A stretch of DNA of 63,770 nt from Octopus bimaculoides (Eukaryota), in assembly GCF_001194135.2 (NCBI RefSeq), contig NC_069002.1, forward strand, positions 16,363,351 to 16,427,120, given 5' to 3'. Of this stretch, positions 51,301 through 62,663 are shown in pieces. Below the pieces are notes generated by a model. It searched no databases. It was given only the letters and a program-made list of their open reading frames with translations, and was not told where the DNA came from. The position numbers were made by a program, and so were the translations under genes. The first letter of the stretch is position 1; every line of letters begins with the position of its first letter.

Positions 51301-54300
51301 GATGCCCTTCCAAATACCAATGTAGCACCAGCACGAGCAGGGTCGCCAAATAACTTGCAAGACTAGAAATTCTGAGAAGGGAGAGGGCATTGGAGGAGGT
51401 GATCTTGTGTCAGCTGATGAAAGGTGAGAGTGTGATAGAGAGACGGAGAGGCAAAAACAGGTGTCTTGCTACCTGGCCAGCTCCTATCAAACTGTCCAAC
51501 CCATGCCAGCATGGAAGATGGATGTTAAATGATAATGATGATGATCTCAGTTTATGACCATTTTCATTCTGGTTTTCTTTCTCTTCGTGGCTATACTATC
51601 TTTATTATGAAGTATTCTGGCCCCTGGTTTATAAAGACAAGGAATTAATTGAAACATGACTGCTATATTGATGATCACTTGACCACAGATGCAAGACGAT
51701 TCTTCAACCCTATTTCTGTCCACTGCTTCTTCAAATTAATTATCATCTATGTACTGCCTCCCTTCATGTCCATCTCATTACCATATCTTCCCTCTTTGAC
51801 CTTTCATTTAGCACTTTTCTCCCAATCCTTCCTTTTCCAGGGTCAGCATCACTCTGGAAATCCCTCCCACTTTATATTTTTCTGACAGACAAACTCCTAT
51901 AGATTGTGAATCTCAACATCTGCATCAATCTCATTAGTCACTCCCACTTACTTTGATTCATCATCATCATCACCATTGTCATCTTATGCTAATTTTCCGA
52001 TGCTGGCATGAGTTTGTTGAGTTATCATGGGCCGCTCAGTTTTTATTTAGAATTGTTGCTCTTTTAGGAATGGTCGGAGGGCCACATCTCACTCAAGCAT
52101 TTTCTTTTGACTTGGTTTTCACAACTGAATGCCCTCCCTCATATTAACCATTGTACAAATAAAATGCTGGTTGTGTTTTGGTGTGGCACCAACACTAAAG
52201 AGGTACCATCCTTGACAGTGCAAGAGTTGGGAAATCCTATCTTGTTTAAAAAAAAATAAACAGATACAAACAAGCCCTCCATAATGATTTATTCTCAATA
52301 CTATTGATTTAGTCTCCGTTTTATTGATTGACGAACGAACAAAAACTTTAATCAAATTTTCCATTTTGACAGTTCTTATTTCTCTCTTGTTCTTCACTTT
52401 AGATTGCTTTCAATCCAGACAATTCTGAAGTGCTGACAGTCTCTGGTGACAAAACTGCCAAGATCTGGGATGCTAATACATATACTTTGATCAAGTAAGT
52501 CTTATTCAATTATTTTAATTCTTAACACCCTGTACGACTTCAGTCTTCGCCACACCACATCACATCTGTCTGTTAATCATGCCGTGTCTGACACTGAGGA
52601 ATCAAACTTCTGGTGCTTATATTGGCTGTAACAGGAAGTTAAACTCTGTGATATAGGGGAGATAACTGTATTCCATTCTTCTGTCATTTATTTACATCAT
52701 CATCATCGTTTAACGTCCACTTTCCATGCTAGCATGGGTTGGACGATTTGACTTAGGACTGGCGAACCGGATGGCTGCACCAGGCTCCAATCTAATCTGG
52801 CAGAGTTTCTACAGCTGGATGCCCTTCCTAATGCCAACCACTCCAAGAGTGTAGTGGATGCTTTTACGTGCCACTGGCTAGCCCCTTTTTTCTAAACACA
52901 ACACAACTCTTTATTCCATGCATCCTAATCTTTCTAACAATTATCTACATGGATTACCATTGAACTTTAAAAGCTCAAAGACAATATAATGTATTGATAT
53001 ATTTATTTTTTTATATATTATTTTTTATTTTTTTGTAAAAAACATTTTCNNNNNNNNNNNNNNNNNNNNNNNNNNNNNNNNNNNNNNNNNNNNNNNNNNN
53101 NNNNNNNNNNNNNNNNNNNNNNNNNNNNNNNNNNNNNNNNNNNNNNNNNNNNNNNNNNNNNNNNNNNNNNNNNNNNNNNNNNNNNNNNNNNNNNNNNNNN
53201 NNNNNNNNNNNNNNNNNNNNNNNNNNNNNNNNNNNNNNNNNNNNNNNNNNNNNNNNNNNNNNNNNNNNNNNNNNNNNNNNNNNNNNNNNNNNNNNNNNNN
53301 NNNNNNNNNNNNNNNNNNNNNNNNNNNNNNNNNNNNNNNNNNNNNNNNNNNNNNNNNNNNNNNNNNNNNNNNNNNNNNNNNNNNNNNNNNNNNNNNNNNN
53401 NNNNNNNNNNNNNNNNNNNNNNNNNNNNNNNNNNNNNNNNNNNNNNNNNNNNNNNNNNNNNNNNNNNNNNNNNNNNNNNNNNNNNNNNNNNNNNNNNNNN
53501 NNNNNNNNNNNNNNNNNNNNNNNNNNNNNNNNNNNNNNNNNNNNNNNNNNNNNNNNNNNNNNNNNNNNNNNNNNNNNNNNNNNNNNNNNNNNNNNNNNNN
53601 NNNNNNNNNNNNNNNNNNNNNNNNNNNNNNNNNNNNNNNNNNNNNNNNNNNTATATATATAATTTAATGTACACAATATGAGCTACTCATAGTTTCCTGC
53701 TTTGGAGAAGCAGGTCTAGGCAGGTTTTTATTACACACCATGTGTCTCCAAGCAGTCTTCAGGCTGAGCTATGTTAAGTTGAGTGACCCTAAAGATTCTA
53801 CCAATTTACATGCTATCATGCCAAACATATATAAATTATGAATTTGCAGTAGAAAACTGTTGGATATAGTTTGCTGTTCTGTTAGGTTAAGATCAACAAA
53901 AAAGTTCCATCCAGTTATATATTGTTCATGTGTGTATGTATATATCATTTAACGTCTACTTTCTATGCTGGTATGGGTTGGACAGCTTGACAGGAGCTAG
54001 CTAAGCAGAAGACTGCACCATGCTTCACTGTCTGTTTTGGCATGGGTTTTATATCTGGATGCCCTTCCTAATATCAACCACTCTACGGAGTGGAGTGAGT
54101 GCTTTTTACATGGCACTAGCACATACAATGTCAGTTTTGGCATGTTTTTTTTTTTGTACAACTGAATGCCCTTCCAAGCTAAGTTTAGTTAAGTTTATAT
54201 AGAAAAAGAGAAAAAAAAAATCTTAATGTTTCATAAGGAATCTTTCATTAGAAACAAGAATTGATCTAAATTAACTTTCTTAATTAGGAAGTTCATTTTC

Positions 54301-57300
54301 TCACAATGCTATTAATTAGTTATTAAATATATCTAAATTAACTTTCTTCATTAGGAGAGTCATCATTTCACAAATGGTATTAATTTGTTGTTAAACAAGT
54401 TGTTTGTTTTTTTTTTTCCAGGGAATTTGTGTTTGGGAAGACACTGGAGGACATGTTGGTCAGTTGTATTTGGATTGGTAATAGCATCATCACAGTCTCT
54501 TTGTCTGGATTTGTTACATATTTAGACAGGAATTGCCCAGAGAAGCCTCTTCGTGTTCTTAAGGTGTGTTTAACATCTCACAAGCGGTGTATGTGTGTGT
54601 GTGTTTTCTTAAGTTGACTTGCAGCTGTTGTTTCTTATTTCTTTATTGCCCACAAGGGGCTAAACATAGAGGGGACAAACAAGGACAGACAAAGGAATTA
54701 AGTCGATTACATCGATCCCAGTGCGTAACTGGTACTTAATTTATCGACCTCGAAAGGATGAAAGGCAAAGTCGACCTCGGTGGAATTTTGAACTCAGAAC
54801 GTAACGGCAGACAAAATATGGTTAAGCATTTCGCCCGGCATGCTAACGTTTCTGCCAGTTGACTTGCAACTGTTGTTTCTGTCAGTCAGTTGGTAGGAAT
54901 CAAGTTTTGAATGTGGATATTTTTACCATTATGTGACTCTGCATATTTTTTTAGGTCCACACAGGTAAAAAATGCTTTTTTAGGACTTCAACTTCATTTA
55001 CATCCTCTAACATCTCATGATCAGGTCATGAATATTACAACATCAAATTTGTGGCTTTGTGATAATGTAGGAGATTGTTAATGGTAAAATAATTAATAAT
55101 CATCATCATCACTTAACGTCCCTTGTCCATGCTGGCATGGGTAGGACGGTTTGACCAGGGCTGGCAAGCTGGAAGGCTGCACCAGACTCCACTCTGATTT
55201 GGTATGGTTTCTATGACTGGATGCCCTTCCTAACGCCAACCAATCTGAGAGTGTAATGGGTTCTTCTGCGTGCCACTGGCACAGGTGCCATTTGCATGAC
55301 ACCAGTATCTAATACGACTGTGATTTTACTTGGCTTGATGGGTCTTCTTGTCAAGCGCAACATAATGCCAAAGTCTCTCAGTCATTCATCGTTGCCTCTG
55401 TGAGCCCCAAAACTTGAAAAGAGCTTTTCACATGCCACCAGCATTGGCCACTTTGCCTCCATAAGGCCCAATGCTCATCAGGTGCTTTTTATGTGCCAGT
55501 TACGAGACTCCAGCATTGGCCACGACTATGATTTCACTTGGCTTGACAGGTCTTCTCAAGCACTGCATATCACCAAAGGTCTCGGTCACTAGTCATTGCC
55601 TCTGTGAGGCCCAAAGTTTGAAGATCATGCTTCACCACCTCATCCCATGTCTTCCTGAGTCTACCTCTACCATAGGTTCCCTCCACAGTTAGAGATCGGC
55701 ACTTCTTTACACAGCTGTCCTCATCCATGCGCATCACATGACCATACCAACACAGTCCTCTTTCTTGCACACCACATCCGATGCCGCTTATGCCCAACTT
55801 ATGTCATACATGCACAGACATGCACATCCAGCAAAGCATACTGGCTTCATTTCTTTCAAGCCTACACATGTCCTCAGCTGTCACAACCCATGTTTCACTC
55901 CCATGTAGCATAGCTTTTTGCACACAGGCATCGTACAATCTGCCTTTCACTCTGAGGGCGAGGCCCTTTGTTGCCAGCAGAGATAGGAGCTCCTTGAACT
56001 TGGCCCTATTCTTATTCTCACAATATTAAGTATTATGAAGTATTAGGACGGAGAAGAGTAACAGGTGTACTGTTAAGGATTTCATTCTCTCCACTGTTTC
56101 ACATTGATATTTATAATTTCATTAGCAGCATTATTATATTAAAACTTAGGCAGTTAATTCTTTTTATTGTTTATTTAATAGCTACATCAATTATTTCCTT
56201 TTTTTATTCAGTGCTAAAAGTTTGTACATCGTAGAACACTTGTGTGTGAGTGTGTGTGCAACTATATATATAGTGAAGGCACATGGATCAGTGGTTAGAA
56301 TGTTGGCTTCACAATCATGAGGCAGTGAGTTCAATTCCCAGACTGGGCTGTGTGTTGTATTCTTGAGCAAGACACCTTATTTCACATTGCTCCAGTTCAC
56401 TCAGCTGTTGAAATGAGTTGTGACATCACTGGTGCCAAGCTGTATCAGCCTTTGCCTTTCCCTTGGATAATATTGGTGGCACAGAGAGGGCGACAGCTAG
56501 TCATCCATAAACAACCTTTCCCAGACTTGTATAAATATAATATAAAAGACGGTTTGATGTAGAATGTATAGAAACAGTTCCATGATAATTCTATTTCAAT
56601 ACCTGTTCATTTTTGGGGAACAGAGATATATTCATTGTAGTGCTTACAATCCTGGAAGTATTATATTCTAGCTTCCTGTTCTGAAGGTTGCTGGTAATAA
56701 TTCCACAAAACACATACCTACCAATTGTACCAAATATTTTACATTGTAGACATCTCTAACATTATTAGAGTGATCTTAACTGTTCATTATTTCACAGTTA
56801 ACTGAGACAACAGCTGTAACTACTTTACACTCAGTCATGCCCTCACAGATATGTCAGCACTTGGCTATGAAAAATGGTTAATATGTAATTCTTTTTACAT
56901 GTAATTTTTTAGGCTTCAAACTTTGAGACTAAGTGGTATTTCTTCCTCAATGAAGGGTCTCATATATTTATTGTTTACTGAAACAGATCATCCTTAGTTT
57001 TTTGTTTTGTTTTTTTTTATCTTACTATTTACCTATTCTATTGTGTAAACTTTTTAAATCATTAAAGAATTAGTTCTTTAATGATTCCAATATTTCATGT
57101 CTTGTTTCTTTGTTAGAAATATAAAACATTCAAGTATCTTTATCTTCTGTGGAGAGCAACTTTGCCTTTCAACCTTCTGAGATCAATAAAACCACCAGTC
57201 ACATCCTGGGGTCAATATAATTGACTGACCCCTGCCACCAAAATTTCTGGCCTTGTACCTATATTAAAATTATTATTAAGAAGGTGGCAAGCTGGTACAA

Positions 57301-60300
57301 TCATTAGCATGCCACATAAAATGCTTAGTGACCTTTCATCCTTTTGAGGGTCAATGAAATAAGTACCGGTTATGCGCTGTTGCTGTATTTGACTAGCCCC
57401 CCCCCCTCCCACCAAAATTTTGGGCCTTGTGGTTATAGTGAAAGGGATGGCAAGTTGGCAGAATCATTAGTGTGCTGGATGAGGTGCTTAGCAGTATTAC
57501 ATCTGTCACTGTGTTCTGAGTTCAAATTCCGCCAAGGTTGACTTTGTTTTTCATCTTTTCAAGGTCTTTAAATTAAGTACCAGTGAAACACTGGGGTTGA
57601 TGTAATCAACTAACTCCCCCTCCCCTCAAAATTGCTAGCTTTGTGCCAAAATTAGCAACCATTATTATCATCATCATTATTATTATTATTAATGTTGTTA
57701 TTATTTTTGTTTGTCTAGGGTCACAACAAACCAATAACAGCCCTGGCCACCACACCTGACAGAAAATTGGTTTTCACTGGCTGCAGTTCTGGTCACATCA
57801 ATATCCTTTCGTCTTTGTTCACTGTATTTGTTATTCTATGTTTACTGTATGTTTTTAATGTGTTTGTTTTATTTTTATTCCTGACTTATAACATTGTAGT
57901 CTTCTATAACACTTAGGAAATAGAATGTATAATGAATGGGTGCAGGGGTGTATAGTGAGAAGACCAGATATTTGGAAGGTGTATTTTGCTGATAATAAAG
58001 ACTGTGTTTATGATGCATTGAGAGTGGAATGTAGAAATGATGAGAAGGGATACAAAGAACAGGTGGGGTATATAATGAGAAGACTAGATATTTGGAAGGT
58101 GTATTTTGCTAAAAATAAAGAGTGTATATATGACGTATTGAGTGTGGAATGTAGAAGCAATGTCTCATCTAATGTGTTTGGTCTTTTGGCCTAAACTGGT
58201 CTCTGGTCCTTAACTGGCCCTGGGAAGATGGAAGATAAAATTGAATTCAGTGTTATTTGAACTCAGTCTATCAGTTCACTGCCTAGTGAGATGATTTATG
58301 AATATAGAGTGATTTGATTAATGAAGAATTGATCAGTATATAGTAATGTCATTAATGAGGGTGTATGCAGTGATTTATTTAATGTGATTACAACATAATA
58401 AAGCTCGTCTGAGGATTTATTCATCAACCTAAAGAAATTTCTGGGCAAATGAATAAAATGAATTTTTTAAATTATTATTATTATTGTTATTATTAATAAT
58501 AATAATAAGTTGATAATGATGATAATAAGTTGATAATGTAATAATAATAATTATTATGATAAGTTGATAATGATGATAATAAGAAGTTGATAATGTAATA
58601 ATAATAAGTTGGTAAAGATAACAATAAGTTAATAATGCTAATCCATTGCTAGAGTTAAATCCTCTAGAGTGTTCATCAGATTTGGGAATGTGTGTGTTAC
58701 AACAATACTTAATGCTATCTGTTTATTAATTGTCAAATGAATGCTATTTATGGCTGAGGATGAATGATTATGATAATGACGATGATTTAAAGCTTTTCCT
58801 TAATTCCTGTCACATTACTGGGATCTTGTCAATGGACTTGATGATAGAATCGTTGGTAAACCTCACCAGAGTCAGATACAGGATCTTGTGGTGTCTGGCG
58901 ATAATTTGATTTCCATCAGCATGGACGACACAATTCGATTCACCTCAATTTCCTCAATGCAATACGGGTAGGTTCTTCAGAATCTGATCCTTCTTTCAGC
59001 TTGCAGAATTCCATTTATTGTGTCCCTCAGGGTGAAATGCCTTTGTTAGTGTCTCATGTTCCTAACTTTAAATTTAGAGATTCAGAAGTTTGCAACAGAG
59101 GGGACTCAGCTAAAGGAACCCAAACTGATGGATTAAGTCTACCACCTAAGTAAACCACAGCAGATACAGTTCCTTATTTAAGTTACCATTATTGTAAGAC
59201 CTCATCCAAGACCTCATCCAAAGGAAAAATTCAGTAAAAAGCACCCTTTGAACACTGGGCGATATGCTGTGCCTGAGAAGACCCATCAAGTCAAGTGAGA
59301 TCATAGTCGTTGCTGATGCCAGTGTTTCATAACTGGCATCTGTGCCATTGGCATGTAAAAAGCATCTTTTGAACCTTGGGCATCAGAGAGGCAGTGACAA
59401 GTGACCAAGACCTTTGACAATATACTGTGCTTGAAAAAAACCTGTCAAGCCAAGTGAGATTGTAATCATGGCCAATGCCAGTGTTTTGTCAAAAGCACCC
59501 ATTACACTCTTGGAGTGGTTGGCGTAAGGAAGGGTATCCAGCTGTAGAAACCATGCCAAATCAGATTGGAACCTGGTGCAGATCCCCAGCTTACCACTTT
59601 TCAGTCAAACTGTCCAACCCATGCCAGCATAGAAAACTGATGTTATGATTGACAGTTTTAATGAAGTTCAACATGGTTGAACAATCAATCCCAACCAGTT
59701 GGGATGCACGGAACAGGTTGTACTATTCATCTTTTTGATCGCTGAACACAAGAGGTGGCTCATGAGACTTCCGTTCGGGTTATTATCCTGAGTTACCAGC
59801 TCATCCTTGCATCCCAATCCATCACAGAGTTATCCATTCACAGCTGAGTGGACAGGGGCAGTGTGGAATGAAGTGTTTTTGCTCAAGAACACAACTCACA
59901 ACCAGTTTGGGAATTGAAACCACAATCTTGCAATTGTGAGTGTAGCATCTAAACCACTAGGCTACAAACATTGTTTATATGTTTTCTCTCCAGGGATGAG
60001 TTATGTATATGTAGTCTTAAGAAACAATCAGAAATACTACAAATTGTAGTGATTGTATATTTAATGTCCTCTGTTTAATGACTAATTTATTTTATTTTTA
60101 CTTTTATTTTTGTATGTCATTAACACACACACACACACAGATTTTTTTTGTTTTTTATCTTTTACTTGTTTCCATTATTAGACTGTGGCCATGCTGGGGC
60201 ACTGACTTGAAGGGATTTAGTCAAACAAATCAATCCCAGGACTTATTTCTTTTTTAAAGCCTGTTACTTATTCTCTCAGTCTCTTTTGTTGAACCATTAA

Positions 60301-62663
60301 GTTACGGGGATGAAAATACACTAACACTGGTTGTCAAGCAGTGATGTGGGACAAAGACAGATACAAATACACACACACACACATATATAGATATATACAG
60401 ACACACACACATATATGATGGGCTTCTTTTAGTTTCCATCTCTCAAGTCCACTCACAAGGCTTTGGTTTGCTTGAGGCTATAATAGAAGACACTTGCCCA
60501 AGGTGCCAATGCAGTAGGACGGAACCCAGAACCATGTGTATGTGTGTGTCCATGTATGGAAGGGAATCCAATTGTAGAAACCGTGCCAAAGCAAACATCA
60601 GAGCTTGGCATAGTCCCGTGTCTCACTAGCTCTTGTTAAACCATCCAACCCATGCCAGCATGGAAAATGAATGTTAGATAATGATGATGATACACACATA
60701 TATACATACACATGCACACATACACACATATTTATATATACACTCACACATAGTGTTGATATTTTTCCATTTTAATTACTATTTTCAGAAATGCCTCAGT
60801 AAAATTAGAATCTCAGCCCCGTGCAGTTGCAGTCCACAACAACCTTACTGCAGTTGCCTGTGTCAAACATGTAATTATTGGGGGTTTTTTTTTTTATTAT
60901 CTTCTTTCTGCTTTCATGTTGCTGTTTAGCCCCAGGTCAATTCTTGTTTAATAGACTTATAATCCAAGGCCAGTTTTCACCGATTCAAAGTTGTTTGTTA
61001 GTTGTAGTAGTACAAATAGGATCACATTGTCCTTCTTTTTTTAAAGATGATTGAATGAGTTATTTCTAACAACCATGTAGAAGCTCCCTCATTAGTTAAA
61101 AAATTATATTTAGAGCAGAAGTGGGAGGAGAAACAGGCAGAGGAAGGCAACTAAATGCAATTCCTGTGAATATAGAATATTGTTCTGCCAACTTTTGCTG
61201 TTATTGTTGAGTACAGTCAGGAGAGTATAGTGAATAGAGTACAGTTCCTAGAGTACAACTGGTGGTAAATAGACATCCATGGTTTCAATGGTGGGTATCG
61301 TGTGGTTATCTGAGCCCCTTGTACATTGACTCAGCCTCCGAATGGTTGAGTGTTCCTTAGGCAGAATCAGCAGGGGACCTAATGAACTGCAGGTACAATC
61401 CATCTGACAGGCTTCCAAACAGTTTCCATCCTGATGTCAAGATTTTGGTCAACCAGTGACTCAGGTACACTCAACATGCTTTGCAATGGGATTGAACCTG
61501 TGGCCTCACACATGCACGTGTTTCATCTGTTTGCTTTTTTTATTTTAATTAATTTTGTATTTATCATATTTTATGAACAGTTGTATTGTTGGTTACATGT
61601 CTGCAACTGACCAATCACTGGTTCACTACATTCCTGACTGCAAGAGTAACAAGGGAGTGCCTGTAACTTGGCACAGAACAAATTTAATGAGATTTCATTC
61701 AAAGAAAGAAAACAAGAATTTCAGTCCCTTCTTTGATGTTTGTTGCCTTTGACAATATCAGAAAATGGAAGACATCATCTTTCCATTTCTGTTAATTAAA
61801 ATTCTTCACACAAGGCATTGGTTTAAGCCAGTTCTATGGGAGTCCATGTGGAGGTGCAATGACCCAGTGGTTAGGGCAGCAGACTTGCGGTCATAGGATC
61901 GCGGTTTCAATTCCCAGACTGGGCGTTGTGAATGTTTATTGAGCGAAAACACCTAAAGCTCCACGAGGTTCCGGCAGGGGATGGTGGCGAACCCTGCTGT
62001 ACTCTTTCACCCACAACTTTCTCTCACTCTTACTTCCTGTTTCTGTTGTGCCTGTAATTCAAAGGGTCAGCCTTGTCACACTGTGTCACGCTGAATATCC
62101 CTGAGAACTACGTTAAGGGTACACGTGTCTGTGGAGTGCTCAGCCATTTGCACGTTAATTTCACGAGCAGGCTGTTCCGTTGATCGGATCAACTGGAACC
62201 CTTGACGTCGTAAGCGACGGAGTGCCAACTCATGGGAGCCCATGGCCATTCCTGGTTCCTGCTTGAATAAGTGTAGCAGTTGTTTAACCCCAGGTCAGCC
62301 CTGATCCCCCAGACTATCATCAAAGTTGCTCCACCCATGACCATCTTACTTTTTCCTTATTATTTTTCAGCATAGTATGTTTAGGTTGGTGTGACCTTCA
62401 GTGGATGAGATGTATGGGAATTTTGACTTCTATTTCTATACTGTTAGATACCCCTCACCATTGTATTTATTCTTTTATGGTGTTAGGTAGGTGATAGTGG
62501 TTCAATTTCTCTTCTCTTCTCTGTTATTTTAACAAATGTTTTTTTTCTTTTCCAGGTAATATTATTGCAAGGTGAACGCATTGTCCTAACACTGCCAATT
62601 TCATATGATGGATGTTCAGTTGCTTTTAATGTGAATGGCTCACTGTTGGCAGTGGGTGGACTG
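17750..62663 (+). CDS. WDR1: WDR1/AIP1 actin-interacting protein 1 (WD40 repeat), 13 coding exons in window, 3' part continues beyond window
   Basis: Spliced translation [86 protein letters not shown]...EGPPFKF...GHNKPITAL...GHINYWD...SMDDTIRF aligns by eye with WDR1/AIP1. All intron phases are compatible; 1374 nt coding in total. Confidence 0.97.
22620..23330 (+). mobile_element. Decayed CR1/L2/Jockey-like LINE RT fragment
   Basis: LFLLYISDL...[12 protein letters not shown] and downstream [10 protein letters not shown] motif. Confidence 0.7.
23390..24215 (-). mobile_element. RTE LINE 3' fragment (ORF2 C-terminus plus repetitive 3' UTR)
   Basis: [15 protein letters not shown]..., [21 protein letters not shown]...[13 protein letters not shown]...[11 protein letters not shown]. 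Confidence 0.88.
25420..25742 (-). mobile_element. tRNA-derived SINE, family E
   Basis: Complement of 56275-56530 (tggatcagtggttag...gagttcaattccc...tttcacattgctccagttcactcagctg). Confidence 0.75.
29713..29737 (+). repeat. Interstitial telomeric repeat (GGGTTA)4G
   Basis: gggttagggttagggttagggttag. Confidence 0.9.
31366..31598 (+). mobile_element. tRNA-derived SINE, family C, inserted in the Tc1 left TIR
   Basis: B box GAGTTCAAATTCC; TSD agaaatatgtac at 31353-31364 and 31599-31610. Other copies at about 27455-27679(+), 54625-54860(-), 62895-63145(-). Confidence 0.88.
31777..32128 (-). repeat. Inverted copy of transposase segment 32854-33205 (352 bp)
   Basis: Reverse complement of 32854-33205, with about 3 mismatches seen. 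Confidence 0.93.
32430..32853 (+). mobile_element. Bipartite tRNA-derived SINE, family A, inserted in the Tc1 transposase
   Basis: Head gcaggtgt..ggtaagaagc..ggttcagtcccact, (TA)n/(TG)n hinge, tail ...gactgaaacaaataaaacaataaaag. Confidence 0.85.
39349..39726 (+). mobile_element. tRNA-derived SINE, family D
   Basis: ggaggcgcaatggcccagtggttagggcag...ggagcgccaacaaca; flanking acagtcaacaa repeat. Confidence 0.88.
41526..41745. mobile_element. piggyBac-type MITE (220 bp)
   Basis: TTAA|CCCTTTAGCATTCA...TGAATGCTAAAGGG|TTAA. Older copies at 38907-39148 and 49824-50033, partial copy near 36300-36450. Confidence 0.85.
41872..41993 (+). CDS. WDR1: WDR1 exon 2 (122 nt)
   Basis: ttatttttcag|AA ACC ACA TTT...GAC ATC GAA|gtaagt; [40 protein letters not shown]. 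Confidence 0.96.
42068..42451 (-). mobile_element. tRNA-derived SINE, family D (intron 2)
   Basis: Reverse complement of the family D consensus; TSD catctatattca/catctatactca. Confidence 0.88.
42869..42959 (+). CDS. WDR1: WDR1 exon 3 (91 nt)
   Basis: gtcgtag|AAC...GGA G|gtaaga; [30 protein letters not shown]. Confidence 0.96.
43119..43614 (+). mobile_element. Bipartite tRNA-derived SINE, family A
   Basis: Same head, hinge and tail. Other copies at about 7330-7630, 18880-19180, 21188-21460, 29025-29650(+), 60140-60535(-) and many fragments. Confidence 0.85.
44570..44795 (-). mobile_element. RTE-derived 3' UTR element
   Basis: Reverse complement of 49285-49505. Further copies at about 27020-27290(-), 37100-37425(+), 51180-51545(+), 52705-52880(-), 53940-54170(-), 59230-59650(+). 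Confidence 0.8.
45479..45626 (+). CDS. WDR1: WDR1 exon 4 (148 nt)
   Basis: tgttccag|AT GAC AGG...GGA AC|gtacgt; [48 protein letters not shown]. Confidence 0.96.
46159..46339 (+). CDS. WDR1: WDR1 exon 5 (181 nt)
   Basis: tttaccag|G TTC...ATT GAT|gtgagt; [60 protein letters not shown]. Confidence 0.96.
46528..47046 (+). mobile_element. tRNA-derived SINE, family D (intron 5, middle lost in N gap)
   Basis: Head at 46528-46689, then a gap, then an aacaac tail at 47041. Confidence 0.8.
47349..47426 (+). CDS. WDR1: WDR1 exon 6 (78 nt)
   Basis: atttgcag|ACA...GGA AAA|gtaagt; [26 protein letters not shown]. Confidence 0.95.
47553..47816. repeat. Foldback inverted repeat around a (TA)n/(CACACG) core
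   Basis: aaggactctaatttgctgccaatgtataaatgtgtg...cacacatttatacattggcagcaaattagggtcctt. Confidence 0.85.
48762..48839 (+). CDS. WDR1: WDR1 exon 7 (78 nt)
   Basis: ttttcctag|GCC...TAT GGG|gtaaga; [26 protein letters not shown]. Confidence 0.95.
49001..49508 (+). mobile_element. RTE-derived 3' UTR element headed by a ~62-bp tandem array
   Basis: About 4.5 units of gtgcgggcgacacatgaaat...cccctggactggctcat, then the conserved tail ...gcatggaaagcggacgttaaacgacgatgac. Confidence 0.8.
52403..52494 (+). CDS. WDR1: WDR1 exon 8 (92 nt)
   Basis: cactttag|ATT...ATC AA|gtaagt; [30 protein letters not shown]. Confidence 0.95.
54422..54563 (+). CDS. WDR1: WDR1 exon 9 (142 nt)
   Basis: ttttccag|G GAA...CTT AAG|gtgtgt; [47 protein letters not shown]. 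Confidence 0.95.
55095..56015 (-). mobile_element. RTE LINE 3' fragment with complete 3' UTR and (GAT)n tail
   Basis: [20 protein letters not shown]...[17 protein letters not shown]...DRDLW, then UTR ending in the (+ strand) catcatcat tail. Confidence 0.88.
57719..57800 (+). CDS. WDR1: WDR1 exon 10 (82 nt), followed by U12 donor
   Basis: ttgtctag|GGT CAC AAC...CAC ATC A|atatcctttc; [27 protein letters not shown]. Confidence 0.93.
57801..58813 (+). other. WDR1: U12-type (minor spliceosome) AT-AC intron
   Basis: 5' site ATATCCTTT, branch box TTTTCCTTAAT at 58794-58804, 3' end CAC| about 10 nt downstream. Splicing restores the GHI-N-YWD reading frame. Confidence 0.93.
57945..58157 (+). repeat. 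120-bp tandem duplication inside the U12 intron
   Basis: Units start at 57945 and 58065 (agatatttggaaggtgtattttgct shared). Confidence 0.85.
58814..58967 (+). CDS. WDR1: WDR1 exon 11 (154 nt)
   Basis: cac|AT TAC TGG GAT...TAC GG|gtaggt; [50 protein letters not shown]. Confidence 0.93.
60789..60870 (+). CDS. WDR1: WDR1 exon 12 (82 nt)
   Basis: attttcag|A AAT GCC...AAA CAT|gtaatt; [27 protein letters not shown] (cf. VVKLDVQPKCVAV). Confidence 0.92.
61848..62229 (+). mobile_element. tRNA-derived SINE, family D
   Basis: Full length; TSD atgggagtccat/atgggagcccat. Confidence 0.88.
62556..62663 (+). CDS. WDR1: WDR1 exon 13 (108 nt)
   Basis: ttttccag|GTA ATA...GGA CTG|gtaagt; [36 protein letters not shown]. 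Confidence 0.92.
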
